Program-made: the position numbers and the translations under genes
Shown here: positions 44,293-54,126 of the stretch, in pieces
Numbering within the stretch: the stretch's first letter is position 1
Layout: each line of letters begins with the position of its first letter
The notes under the pieces: generated by a model
Seen by the model: only the letters and a program-made list of their open reading frames with translations
What the model was told of the DNA's origin: nothing
The model's database searches: none
Source: Patescibacteria group bacterium
GTDB lineage: Bacteria; Patescibacteriota; Microgenomatia; UBA8517
Length of the DNA stretch: 64,000 bases
NCBI GenBank assembly: GCA_022868165.1
Contig: JALHYA010000010.1
Coordinates: forward strand, 375-64,374
Reading direction: 5' to 3'

Positions 44293-45648
44293 ATGACGCC
44301 AGAAAATCCAAATTTGGAAAATATTCCGGGAGTTTCTCCTGAAAGACGCGATGAGGGCCAGTCGGTAGTCTTCCCGGAAGCGGTTGTTTCAAAGATAGTA
44401 ACTTTAAGGGAGACCATCGAAGAAAAAGGTGCGGAAAGGATAAGAGCCGGGCTTGATAGGGCGGTAATCATAGTCGAAGATACACCCAAATACGCTGAAT
44501 TTTTAACACGTAAAACTCTTTCAGGTTCAGCCAGGTCAGGTGATGTCAGGTACACCCCAGAGGGCGAAATTAAACTCCCAACATACCAGCCGGTAAAAAC
44601 TAGACTGGTGGAAGACCCCGAGGGAAGGGTTAAAAAAAGGTTTAGGGATAATTTGGGAGAAATAGTTGAGGGAATTTTTAGAAGAGAAATTGTAAACCCT
44701 AAAAGGCGTAGGTTTCTGGTAGAGTGGCCGCGTGGAAGAAGGGAGGACTATTTATATAACCTGCCTGCAGGAAGAGACGTAAGGAGAAAGACGATAAGCA
44801 CGCTAAAGACCATAGAGGATGCGATAGACCAGCAAAAAGACATTATTGCGTATTTAGGGTGGGGAGAAGTTGCAGGAGCTGAAGTTGAATTAGCAAAAAG
44901 AATAATTGAGTACACGGAAGGCATTGCATCCAGATTTTTACTAAGAAGAAGGGTTACGAAAGAAGACCTTGAGGTTTTAGCTGCCGAAACAGGGAGGTTT
45001 TTGGAAGGAGCTGGCCTTTATGATCCGAAAGACAAAAGAAAAAGTGAGGCTCAGGCTTTCCTAAGGGAAGCTTCACAGCTTGATATTAGAGGTCGAGCCA
45101 ATTGGTTAAAGTTAGTTTCCGAAATCCTGGCGGCCCGTGCTAGGGCGGTCTATCGTTTGACTGCAATGGGTAGAATGGTCGGGAAGTTTGATAGAAATCT
45201 TCGGGAAATGGCTAACAAAAGGGAACTTTGGCGGTGGGGATTTGAACTTGTGGCGAGACAGTTAGAATTTATTTTGGAAAACCACCCCGCGTTTAGTCGT
45301 CTAGGGGCGGTTGTCTCAATGCAGGAAAGACATGCGCTTGTTGAGGCCATGGGGTATCCTGTGAGAATGCACCTTTCAAAACCCAAGGTAAACCCTTACC
45401 TTCGAAGTGCACGCTGGGCCGCGATAAATATAGTCAGCTGTAAAGAGGAAAAGAAAGAAGAAAATAAAAAAATACTTGGAGAAGAGATAGCCCAAAAGCT
45501 TTTTTTACAACCTGAATTTACCCCCGTCACGGATTTAATTATGCAGGGAAAGTTTTTTGAGGCCAGGCGAAGAACCAGATTATCAATAAGACAACTAAGA
45601 AAAACAAACACCGATTATGAAGACATCAAAAGGACCGGAAAAGCCTGA
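44293..45648 (+). CDS. Hypothetical 451-aa protein, Arg/Glu-rich and alpha-helical.
   Basis: Long ORF with a -10 TATAAT upstream. Its last 32 nt overlap the rnhB start. No recognisable motif. Confidence 0.55.
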   Translation: MTPENPNLENIPGVSPERRDEGQSVVFPEAVVSKIVTLRETIEEKGAERIRAGLDRAVIIVEDTPKYAEFLTRKTLSGSARSGDVRYTPEGEIKLPTYQPVKTRLVEDPEGRVKKRFRDNLGEIVEGIFRREIVNPKRRRFLVEWPRGRREDYLYNLPAGRDVRRKTISTLKTIEDAIDQQKDIIAYLGWGEVAGAEVELAKRIIEYTEGIASRFLLRRRVTKEDLEVLAAETGRFLEGAGLYDPKDKRKSEAQAFLREASQLDIRGRANWLKLVSEILAARARAVYRLTAMGRMVGKFDRNLREMANKRELWRWGFELVARQLEFILENHPAFSRLGAVVSMQERHALVEAMGYPVRMHLSKPKVNPYLRSARWAAINIVSCKEEKKEENKKILGEEIAQKLFLQPEFTPVTDLIMQGKFFEARRRTRLSIRQLRKTNTDYEDIKRTGKA

Positions 45649-46360
45649 TTTTAGATACGAGAGTAAGTTTTGGAAGAGGGGCTATAAATTCGTGGCTGGT
45701 GTAGATGAGGTCGGCCGGGGCTGCTTTGCCGGGCCTGTCGTTGTAGGATGTGTCATTTTCTCCAAAGATACGATATACAATACAAAAGACTCCGAAATTA
45801 AAATAGACGACTCCAAAAGATTAACACCCAAACAAAGAGAAGAGGCGGATGATTGGATAAAAAAGAATGTTGCATCCTGGGGAATAGGGGAAACTCCAGC
45901 CAGTTTAATCAATCGAATCGGTATGGCCAAGGCAACAAAAAAGGCCTTCAGGCGTTCCATCTCGGATGCAAGAAAAAGACTAAACGGACGAATCGATTTT
46001 CTCCTGGCAGATGCATTTTTTATCTCCTTTGTTCCCGGCCTTCCCACCAAGAGAAGAAAAGACAATAAAGGCCGATTTAGGAAAAATCCCAAGGGTAGGC
46101 AATTGCCCATTATCGACGGTGACCAGAAGTCCACTTCAATTGCCGCGGCGTCGATTATTGCCAAAGTTTATAGAGATAAGATTATGACCAGTCTAAGTAA
46201 ACAGTCTAAATATAGGAAATACGGGTGGGGAAGAAACAAAGGATACGGTACCAAAGAACATCAGGAGGCCATAAAGAAGTACGGAATTACCCGTTACCAC
46301 AGAAAAGCCTTTGTGGAAACTTTCCTGGAAAAAAGAACTGCCACTGGCAAAGAGGATTAG
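45617..46360 (+). CDS. rnhB: Ribonuclease HII.
   Basis: 'FVAGVDEVGRGCFAGPVVVGCVIF' and 'DDSKRLTPKQRE' are the RNase HII catalytic DEDD region. Confidence 0.85.
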   Translation: MKTSKGPEKPDFRYESKFWKRGYKFVAGVDEVGRGCFAGPVVVGCVIFSKDTIYNTKDSEIKIDDSKRLTPKQREEADDWIKKNVASWGIGETPASLINRIGMAKATKKAFRRSISDARKRLNGRIDFLLADAFFISFVPGLPTKRRKDNKGRFRKNPKGRQLPIIDGDQKSTSIAAASIIAKVYRDKIMTSLSKQSKYRKYGWGRNKGYGTKEHQEAIKKYGITRYHRKAFVETFLEKRTATGKED

Positions 46361-46416
46361 GTTGCCCCAATCATTCGCCAGTGGCGTGTGTGTCGTGTCT
46401 GTCGCGCTAGTGCCCC

Positions 46417-46845
46417 CTAGCGGTTCCCGTAGTCAGTTGCCTCCTCGAGGCATTCGTAGCTCTTAAGACGAAATACAGCCTTTCGGATTTTCTTAAAGAG
46501 CCCGAGGTCGAACCCAAAGCGATTTCGATGTATTGTTACCCCCGACCAAAGGTCCTCTGTGTTGATGATGGTGAAAAGCTCGACGGCCGCTCCTGGCACT
46601 GGAAAGTAGTCATCATAGACCGGTTTTCCAGCGTCGAGAAAGAAGCCGTATTGCTTTATCAGGATTGGGTTGTGGCGAAGAACGGCAAGGTGGGCAATGT
46701 TCCGCAGATCGTAGTGGACTGCGAGCTTCAAACCTTGGCGATTGAGCCACCACCATAGAAAGAACCTGAACCAACCCAGCTGCTTACTTTTCTGTGCATC
46801 TTTTCTCGAACCCTTCTTAAGTGCAAATACAGTTTGCTTGGACAT
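46417..46845 (-). CDS. Hypothetical Trp-rich 142-aa protein inside a GC-rich cassette flanked by imperfect inverted repeats.
   Basis: ORF only. Flanks ~46385-46415 'GTCGTGTCTGTCGCGC...GCGGTTCCC' and ~46862-46905, whose reverse complement reads 'GTCGTGTCGTTCGTCTGTCGCAC...CCGTTCCC'. Confidence 0.45.
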   Translation of the reverse strand: MSKQTVFALKKGSRKDAQKSKQLGWFRFFLWWWLNRQGLKLAVHYDLRNIAHLAVLRHNPILIKQYGFFLDAGKPVYDDYFPVPGAAVELFTIINTEDLWSGVTIHRNRFGFDLGLFKKIRKAVFRLKSYECLEEATDYGNR

Positions 46846-46962
46846 TTTCCCATCTCCTTTTGTGAGTTAGGGAACGGATGTGAACGTGCGACAGACGAAC
46901 GACACGACGAACACGATATCACACTATAGGCCAGAAGTCAAGTTAATGGAGCTTGCCAAAAA

Positions 46963-47229
46963 TTAAAAGTTCCTCTTCTTCTCCATCTCCCGAAGGTATT
47001 CGAGGCGGTATTTCTTTTCTTTTCTTCGTTCTGCCGGCTTTTTGTAGCGCTCTCTGTCTCTTAACTCCAGCAAAATTCCCTCGTTAAGGACTTTCTTCCT
47101 AAAACGAGCAATAAGTCTATCTTCGGATTCGCCTTTTTTCTTTTTAACAACAAACAAGGTGAATTCGCCCCCTTCCCAGTTTGGAAAACATTCCTCATAT
47201 GAATCACCAGCCAATATTGTAACAGACAA
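46963..47229 (-). CDS. rpsU: Ribosomal protein S21 with an N-terminal extension, or an alternative downstream start.
   Basis: 'DRLIARFRKKVLNEGILLELRDRERYKKPAERRKEKK' parallels S21 '[31 protein letters not shown]'. Confidence 0.6.
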   Translation of the reverse strand: MSVTILAGDSYEECFPNWEGGEFTLFVVKKKKGESEDRLIARFRKKVLNEGILLELRDRERYKKPAERRKEKKYRLEYLREMEKKRNF

Positions 47230-47253
47230 GTAAAGCCTTTTAAACGGCCAAAT

Positions 47254-48126
47254 TTAGTGGTATTTGACTACAAGCTGAGGTTTGTTTCCGTCATAGCCAG
47301 AATTTGAGGAATCAAAGAAGGCCTGGTCTGCATTGCCGTTTCCGTCGGTTTCGTTGGCAAATCGGAGTCTAAATTGGGAACGGCCCTTTCCGCTTGAAAT
47401 GTCATTTTTGACAGATTCGGTTACTTCGAGATCTTTCCATTCGACAGACGAATTTTTAGTGAGCGTTCCAATATTTGAAAAAATTGGCGATCTGGCGAAG
47501 TCATCCGAAGCTAGTTCGCCCCCATAATCGATGCTATCAATAATTAGATTATTTTCACCGACATATGGTGTTCCGCTAACACTTCTTTGATACATTCTTA
47601 GAGTGGCCTTTTCTATAGTTACACCCGATGGAATGGAAGAGAGGCTAAAACTTACAAAACCCCTTAATACGAGTTCATATGAAGGGACTCCAACAAAAGC
47701 TCCGTTTCCGACGCGAATATCAACGTTGTTGTTTCCTCCGTTATTGTTCGCTCTAAAGCCGTCAAGGCCGCTTGTTGAAGACAAAACAAGTGTTATGGTT
47801 GTTGGTGTTGGGGTGGGCGTCGGTGTATGAGTAGGAGTTACAACGCCAGTTGGAGTTGCAACAGCGGAAATTGTCGCGGAGAGAGAAGCTTCCTGTGTCG
47901 GGGTCGGGGTGGGCGTGGGTGTTGGGGAAGTTCGCTGTTTTGAGCCGAAAATGAAAGCTGCGCCTCCGATTACCAAAAGAGCCAATATTACCAAGATTCC
48001 AAGAAGAGTTTTGTTGATTTGTGCAGGTGAATCTGGCGAAGGCTTGGAGGCTTCCGGTTCTGAGGCAGGGATGACTTGCTCGTCTTCCACTCCCGACATA
48101 ATAGACAAGTGTTTATCCCAAGTCAA
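47254..48126 (-). CDS. Secreted or membrane-anchored protein with a signal-anchor, (TP)n linkers and a C-terminal beta-rich domain.
   Basis: TM 'LLGILVILALLVIGGAAFIF'. TPTPTPTPT and HTPTPTPTPT linkers. Confidence 0.55.
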   Translation of the reverse strand: MTWDKHLSIMSGVEDEQVIPASEPEASKPSPDSPAQINKTLLGILVILALLVIGGAAFIFGSKQRTSPTPTPTPTPTQEASLSATISAVATPTGVVTPTHTPTPTPTPTTITLVLSSTSGLDGFRANNNGGNNNVDIRVGNGAFVGVPSYELVLRGFVSFSLSSIPSGVTIEKATLRMYQRSVSGTPYVGENNLIIDSIDYGGELASDDFARSPIFSNIGTLTKNSSVEWKDLEVTESVKNDISSGKGRSQFRLRFANETDGNGNADQAFFDSSNSGYDGNKPQLVVKYH

Positions 48127-48147
48127 GTTTGGGATACGATATAAATA

Positions 48148-49389
48148 ATGTTCCGAAGAAAATATTTGGAGCTTATTAAAGACCCAGTTTGGTCAAGAGT
48201 TTATTCCCTTTCCCTGACTCTCTTTTTTGTAATGCTCGCGGATGCCATTGTTAGCTTTTGGGTACCTAATCTTTTGGAAGATACTTTTAAGAGTCCGATA
48301 ATGATGGGTCTTGTAATAAGTTTCCAATCCATAGTGGGTTTAGGCGCAGACATAATTTTCCCTACTCTTTTGCGGGCGGCAACAGTCAAGCGTTTTGTCG
48401 CCTGGGGCATAGTGGCAAGTATTTGTACTTCTTTAGCGCTTTTGGGAGCTACTTTTAGACCTTGGGTAGCAGTCTTTTTGATTGCAATGACTCTGTGGGG
48501 AATTTATTACGAATTTTTGGCTTTCGCCAAACACCAATTTGTAGCAGATGCGGTGCCGATTAAAGACAGGGCAGGAGCCTGGGGAATTCTGGGAGTTTTT
48601 ACAAATCTGGCTTATTTTTTGGGTCCGATGATTGGTGTCTGGATTTTGCTGATGGGAGTAAGGGCACCTTCATATGTTGCTATCTTTTTGACTTTAATTT
48701 CATTGGCAATTCTATTTCTTTCGGGCAAGACTCACGACAGGCCGATGAGTTTAAATATTGCGGAAGTAAATCTGGTTGCGGAATTGGATCATTGGAGAGC
48801 ACTTTTTGTCAGAGTATGGCCGATTATTATTTTGAGTTTGCTGTTGGGTTTTATAGACGCAACATATTGGACAATCGGCGCGGTTTTTTCCGTCAGTCTT
48901 GCCGAAAAGGGCATTTGGGGAGGGCTTTTTCTCCCCATGTATGCGTTGCCGTCGCTATTTATGGGATTTATTTTTGTTAAATGGGGAATTTATTCAGGTA
49001 AAAAGAAAATGGCAGAAAAATTCTTGCTGGCATCGGGTATTTTTTTGGCGGGAATTGCTGCAAGCAAGAATGTGATATGGCTATTAATTATGGTATTCCT
49101 CTCAAGCACAATGCTGGCGATTGTTTATCCTCTTGTCGACGGAGTTTATTCCGACATTGTTGCCAGAATGGGAAGAGAGAGAAAGCACCTGATTGGTTTA
49201 ACTTCCTCTACAATTAATCTTTCCTATGTTATTGCTCCAATAGTGGCCGGGCTTATTGCCTCGAAGGTTGGTGAGCAGATGACCTTTTCGGTTTTGGGTG
49301 GACTTACCATTTTTATTTCACTGGCACTTCTAGTTGTTACGCCCCGAAAGCTGAAACTGCCGCAAGAAGAAATCAAGACTTGGAATTAA
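48148..49389 (+). CDS. Major-facilitator-superfamily transporter.
   Basis: 413 aa, about 12 predicted TM helices, MFS-like loop motifs. Confidence 0.8.
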   Translation: MFRRKYLELIKDPVWSRVYSLSLTLFFVMLADAIVSFWVPNLLEDTFKSPIMMGLVISFQSIVGLGADIIFPTLLRAATVKRFVAWGIVASICTSLALLGATFRPWVAVFLIAMTLWGIYYEFLAFAKHQFVADAVPIKDRAGAWGILGVFTNLAYFLGPMIGVWILLMGVRAPSYVAIFLTLISLAILFLSGKTHDRPMSLNIAEVNLVAELDHWRALFVRVWPIIILSLLLGFIDATYWTIGAVFSVSLAEKGIWGGLFLPMYALPSLFMGFIFVKWGIYSGKKKMAEKFLLASGIFLAGIAASKNVIWLLIMVFLSSTMLAIVYPLVDGVYSDIVARMGRERKHLIGLTSSTINLSYVIAPIVAGLIASKVGEQMTFSVLGGLTIFISLALLVVTPRKLKLPQEEIKTWN

Positions 49390-49535
49390 AGTTGGCGGCT
49401 TGAAATTTAGGCTCGTGCGTGCTATATTAACCTATAGCAATCGCTAGGCACTACTAATCACATGCGATTAAGGAGGCAAACGGAGAGCGAGCTAGCACAT
49501 TTTTAACGATCACGCCCGTACGATTCAATCCGCCC

Positions 49536-49796
49536 ATGAACAAGGAGGGTATTGAAATGCCAATGCAGTTGAAATCGTACCCGTTGGTTCATCCGCCCAG
49601 TCAGTCGACGGAAAAAGCAATCCTAGAAATGATTGCCTATCAGACCGATATGAACTGGGGAAAAGCCCCGATCAAGATTCGCGTTAACGCGAACGCTTTT
49701 CCAAATGGAGCACCGGACAAAATCGGCGACTTGCCGGTTGAGGTCAACTGTTCCGTACGGCCGGGCTGGCTCGAGCTGGTTGAAGCCGAGTATTAG
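49536..49796 (+). CDS. Small hypothetical protein (86 aa) directly upstream of the ATP-grasp/C39 pair.
   Basis: ORF preceded by a 'TGCTATATTAAC' -10-like sequence. No motif. Confidence 0.35.
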   Translation: MNKEGIEMPMQLKSYPLVHPPSQSTEKAILEMIAYQTDMNWGKAPIKIRVNANAFPNGAPDKIGDLPVEVNCSVRPGWLELVEAEY

Positions 49797-49921
49797 GGTG
49801 TGATCAAGGAATGATCGTTTGGGGGGATGACCTGCCACAAGCAATTTTTCGCAGGCTTCCCCCCTTAGTTCTTCTTTTTCCCCGCCACTTGTATTTCCGA
49901 CCTCACTTTAGTTAAATTAAA

Positions 49922-50977
49922 GTGCGTTATTTCATGGCTACAAAGGACATCCCGAAAAAGGTAAGGCTTCAAAGCGATAAGGAAGCGCTCAAAAAGTTCA
50001 AACTGGTTGTTGTTGCCTATTCGCATGTGGAGCGGGAATGGTTTCCCACGGAAGATGCTTACTACGCCGAAGTTGAAGTGGAAGAAAGGGCGCAGGATGT
50101 TGTCGAAAAAATAAAGGATTTGGGGATTGAAGCCAAGGGGCTTCCCGGAGACCAATATTTTTTGACAAATCTTCTGGTCGATAAACCCGACCTTGTTCTT
50201 AATTTAGTCGACACCTTAAGGGGCAAGGACCGCCTTCAGACCTCCGTGCCTGCCGCTTTGGAGCTTTCAAACATTCCCTATACGGGTGCGAGCATGGAGG
50301 GAATGATAATCGGAAATGACAGGAATTTGACCAAAAGGCTTCTGGTTGCCTATGACATTCCCACTCCGCCGTTTCAATTCAGAAGAAGAGTCGGCAAGGC
50401 AATTGATGAAACTATTGGGCTTCCCTTAATAGTCAAACTCAATGCAAGCGGGGGAAGTGTCGGAATAGACAACCACGCAGTTAAAGAAACCGTTAAAGAG
50501 GCCGAAAGAAAAGCGGACCAAATGATAGAGCTATACAAACTGCCGGTGGTTGTCGAGAGATTTGTAGACGGGCCAGAAATCACCGTTGTGGTTTTTGATG
50601 ACGGAAGCAAAAAACATGTTTTTATGGGAGAGAAAATATTTAAGAAAAAACCTGACGGAAAACACTTTTTCACCTCAATTGAATCATATGACGACGAGGA
50701 TGCCTACCACTACAAATTTGTTCCGGAACCCCTGTGCTCAAAAATAGCAAAACTGGCAGTTCGTGCTTTTAACGGTCTTCATCACAACGACTACGCAAAG
50801 TTTGATATAAGAATAGAGGATTCTACAAACACTCCATATTTCACCGACTCCAATCCCAACACCGCTTTTGGCCCCGATTTGGGCCTTCCCTTTACGGAGG
50901 TATTAAAATTACACGATATCTCTTTTGAGGAAGTTTTGACAAGCTTGCTCTCTAAGTATGCAAAGAACCTTCCTTAA
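49922..50977 (+). CDS. D-Ala-D-Ala-ligase-like ATP-grasp enzyme.
   Basis: 'LPLIVKLNASGGSVGIDNHAV', 'VVERFVDGPEITVVVF' and 'YAKFDIRIED' fit the Ddl-family three-domain ATP-grasp layout. Confidence 0.75.
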   Translation: MRYFMATKDIPKKVRLQSDKEALKKFKLVVVAYSHVEREWFPTEDAYYAEVEVEERAQDVVEKIKDLGIEAKGLPGDQYFLTNLLVDKPDLVLNLVDTLRGKDRLQTSVPAALELSNIPYTGASMEGMIIGNDRNLTKRLLVAYDIPTPPFQFRRRVGKAIDETIGLPLIVKLNASGGSVGIDNHAVKETVKEAERKADQMIELYKLPVVVERFVDGPEITVVVFDDGSKKHVFMGEKIFKKKPDGKHFFTSIESYDDEDAYHYKFVPEPLCSKIAKLAVRAFNGLHHNDYAKFDIRIEDSTNTPYFTDSNPNTAFGPDLGLPFTEVLKLHDISFEEVLTSLLSKYAKNLP

Positions 50978-51557
50978 TCCGTACTTTCCGACGATGCGAA
51001 GGGTGAGGCAAAAAACTTCATCCCATTGTGCGCCGGCGGTTCTCGAGATGCTGGCAAGCTATGTTGGGAAGGATGTAGACCAAGACGCTTTTGTGGAAGC
51101 GGCCGAAGCTACCGAAAAACTTCGTGTTTACGGTATGACAGTGGATGAAATGGGAAGGGCGGTAACGCGGCTTGTGCCCGACGTCCAGTTTTGGTACAAG
51201 CATCACGGCACGCTTTCGGAACTAACCGAAATTGTCAGAATACATAAATATCCGGTCGGAATTGAATGGCAGGGAGTTTTTTATGAAGATGCAGACGAAG
51301 ACAACGGCCACTACAGTATTGTTACTCACATTGACACGGTTAATAACATCATAGTTTTGGCCGACCCCTACAAGCGTTTTGCCGGGTCCGACAGGAGCTT
51401 CCATGTTTTGGAATTTGAAGAACGCTGGTGGGACGAAAACGAAATCATAGATACTTGGAGCCGGAAACACAATATAGTTAGAGACGAACACACAATGTTT
51501 ATAATTACTCCCAAAGACGTTTTCTTTCCCGAATATTTGGGAATGTATCGGGGATAG
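50958..51557 (+). CDS. Papain-fold C39-like / BtrH-like cysteine peptidase or transferase domain protein.
   Basis: Cys in 'SSHCAPAVLEMLASYVG', His in 'NGHYSIVTHID' and Asp in 'IVLADPYK' reproduce the C39 Cys-His-Asp spacing and contexts. 20-nt overlap with the ATP-grasp gene. Confidence 0.6.
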   Translation: MQRTFLNPYFPTMRRVRQKTSSHCAPAVLEMLASYVGKDVDQDAFVEAAEATEKLRVYGMTVDEMGRAVTRLVPDVQFWYKHHGTLSELTEIVRIHKYPVGIEWQGVFYEDADEDNGHYSIVTHIDTVNNIIVLADPYKRFAGSDRSFHVLEFEERWWDENEIIDTWSRKHNIVRDEHTMFIITPKDVFFPEYLGMYRG

Positions 51558-51597
51558 TCGATGTTTCGAAAAAACAAAATTTTGGATTAGCGTGGGC

Positions 51598-51939
51598 TCA
51601 CCTAAAAAAGAAGACTCCGAGGATAACCAAGATGACAAAAAATGCCAACCAGCCCGTAGTGTAGATTATTAAATTGATTGCTTTCTTCGTTTGCTTGTTT
51701 TCCCACCACAAAATAAACGGGCAGTAGCCGAAGATGAGTGCGCAAATTATTGCGGAGATGACGAAAAGAAGAAGGAAGAGCGTGGGGCCGAGAAAGGTAA
51801 CTACCGGTCCGAAAAACCGCGCGCCTTTCCAAAAGATTAGTCCGATTAAGCTTGAATAAAGGGTAAGCCCGAGAGCTTGAAGGAAAGCAATAAATCCGAG
51901 CGAAAGTTTCTTCATAAAATATATTGTAGCATTTAGCAT
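51598..51939 (-). CDS. Small membrane protein (3 TM).
   Basis: Hydrophobic 113-aa ORF. Confidence 0.45.
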   Translation of the reverse strand: MLNATIYFMKKLSLGFIAFLQALGLTLYSSLIGLIFWKGARFFGPVVTFLGPTLFLLLFVISAIICALIFGYCPFILWWENKQTKKAINLIIYTTGWLAFFVILVILGVFFFR

Positions 51940-52074
51940 AATTAATATTTATAAACAATGAATAAACAAAATGCCGACGGAAGCGTTACAGCCCAAAATA
52001 TTCAACTTAATCCTATCCGGCGAGACGGGGTTACAGCGACGCCTACGCCGATGTAAAATCTATTACCAACAAAA

Positions 52075-53046
52075 TTGCTGGGAAAAAATTCTTACACTAG
52101 TAATGGGAGAAGTAAGGCACAAAATAGGTGGCTAATATATTTATTGGTGCTTGATATTGCGGTATTAACCACCGTTTCTGTTCTATTCAAAAGATATCTA
52201 GACAATAGAAATATATCTCCGCCCGCATCTATTCTTCCCACGCCTACACCTATATCTTCGCCTCAAATTTCAGAGGGAACACAAAATACTAATTCTTTGG
52301 GAAACGTAATTCAAAATTCTCTTGGAGACGCCGATGTAGTATATGGGGTGGTAGTAAAAAATCTCAAGAGCTCCGAGGCCTCTTATATCAATGAGCATAG
52401 AAACTTCAACGCGGCAAGCCTCTACAAATTATGGGTGATGGCCACGGTTTACAAGCAGATTCAAGACGGCAAATTGAAAGAAGATGATATTTTGAGCGAA
52501 GATGTCAGTGTATTAAACAACATTTTTAATATCGATACCCAATTCGAAACTTCCACCGGGACGATTACGCTTACTGTTCGCGAGGCGTTAGATGAGATGA
52601 TTACCGTTTCAGACAATTATTCTGCACTTTTGCTTTCTGAAAAGATTGGTCTTTCCGCAATTTCATCCTTCTTGAACGAAAATGGATTTAACGAATCGAG
52701 TATAGGCTCTAGTGGAGGTTCGCCAACGACAACCGCATACGACACAGCGCTCTTTTTTGAAAAACTTTATAAAGGAGACCTCGCAAACGATAAATACACG
52801 AACGAGATGCTTGCTTTGTTAAAATCCCAGCAACTAAACGACGAAATACCCAAATACCTTCCACCCGAGGTAACCGTAGCCCACAAGACGGGGATGATAG
52901 ACAACTCTCTTCACGATGCGGGAATAGTATATTCGCCGAAAGGAGATTATATAATTGCAATCCTTTCCGAAGGTACCTCTTCAGAAGACTTTTCCGAGAA
53001 AATAGCCCAATTATCGAAAGTTGTTTACGATTACTTCAGCTCCTAG
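52075..53046 (+). CDS. Class A beta-lactamase-like serine hydrolase with an N-terminal TM/signal anchor.
   Basis: SxxK 'AASLYKLW', SDN 'VSDNYSA' and KTG 'AHKTGMIDN' occur in the canonical order. Confidence 0.75.
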   Translation: MLGKNSYTSNGRSKAQNRWLIYLLVLDIAVLTTVSVLFKRYLDNRNISPPASILPTPTPISSPQISEGTQNTNSLGNVIQNSLGDADVVYGVVVKNLKSSEASYINEHRNFNAASLYKLWVMATVYKQIQDGKLKEDDILSEDVSVLNNIFNIDTQFETSTGTITLTVREALDEMITVSDNYSALLLSEKIGLSAISSFLNENGFNESSIGSSGGSPTTTAYDTALFFEKLYKGDLANDKYTNEMLALLKSQQLNDEIPKYLPPEVTVAHKTGMIDNSLHDAGIVYSPKGDYIIAILSEGTSSEDFSEKIAQLSKVVYDYFSS

Positions 53047-53239
53047 GAGCATCGCCACCGCGCAGGTCTATCGTCTGGAGCACTTGGGGAGTAATTTCTT
53101 CTCCGGCCTTGAATTTCTCGACGCCAACCTTCATCCAGTCCGGAACAGAAGGGTCGGTCATATCGAAGTTATTCTCGGCAGCGTGCTCGATGCAATATCG
53201 GCGTGCCTGAAAAAATTTGTCTTCGAGTTCTACTCCCAT
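53036..53239 (-). CDS. Small hypothetical protein downstream of the CN hydrolase.
   Basis: 67-aa ORF only. Confidence 0.3.
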   Translation of the reverse strand: MGVELEDKFFQARRYCIEHAAENNFDMTDPSVPDWMKVGVEKFKAGEEITPQVLQTIDLRGGDAPRS

Positions 53240-53292
53240 TGTGGCGTTAGTATAGCAACGAAGAATTTGTCAATCAAGCAAGCCTTTGTATA

Positions 53293-54045
53293 TTAACTTC
53301 GAACAATTTTTACCAAATCAGTCCGCTCTTGTTGGAGATAGTGATTAGACGTGGACGATAAATCAATGTTTTCTGTGTGTACTTCTTCTTTTTGGGGTGT
53401 TGATTGCCAGACGATTTTTCCATAAGGGTCAATAATCATTGAGCACATTGTTTGTGGAGATGCTGCGTTATTTACGCTGCAAACCCAAAATTGATTTTCA
53501 AATGCGCGAGCAACTAATATTTGTTCCCATATCTTATCGCTTTCTTTTATGGCATTGTTTACATGAAAGATGACTTGGGCTCCGTTCTTTTTAAGAATCT
53601 TCCATTGTTCTGGAAAAATAAGCTCTCTGCACATTTGGATTCCAAAACTGACATTCTCTTCTTTGTAGGTTTTCAATTCGTTCCCGGCAGAAAAGTGATT
53701 TCTATCTGGAATACTCAAATTATTTTTTCGATAAATTATTTTTTGATTGGGGTTTATAAAGATAGTACAGTTATACCAGTTATTATCCAATTTTAAGGCT
53801 GAACCAACTAGACAATTTATATTTTTTTCCTTAGTTATTTTGTCAACTTTGTCGAGGGCTTGTTCAATAGCATTTGAGTTAAGTTGAGACAAAAAAGTTT
53901 CTTCTTCTGGATAGTATCCAGAAATCATTCCTTCCGGGAAAAGGACCCATTCATTAGAAGAAGAGTTTTGCAAAATCGAAATGACCTTGTCTAAATTAGT
54001 ATGAATATCCTTTGATACGGAGACTTGTGCAATGCGTACTTTCAC
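53293..54045 (-). CDS. Carbon-nitrogen hydrolase (nitrilase superfamily).
   Basis: 'WVLFPEGMISGY' supplies the Glu, and 'QMCRELIFPE' the Cys, of the E-K-C triad. Confidence 0.8.
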   Translation of the reverse strand: MKVRIAQVSVSKDIHTNLDKVISILQNSSSNEWVLFPEGMISGYYPEEETFLSQLNSNAIEQALDKVDKITKEKNINCLVGSALKLDNNWYNCTIFINPNQKIIYRKNNLSIPDRNHFSAGNELKTYKEENVSFGIQMCRELIFPEQWKILKKNGAQVIFHVNNAIKESDKIWEQILVARAFENQFWVCSVNNAASPQTMCSMIIDPYGKIVWQSTPQKEEVHTENIDLSSTSNHYLQQERTDLVKIVRS

Positions 54046-54126
54046 ACACAGATTATAGCAACTTTAGTAAAAAGGTCGACCAGAGTATGCAGGGGCTAGT
54101 AAACTATGTCAGGAACTTCTTTTTAT

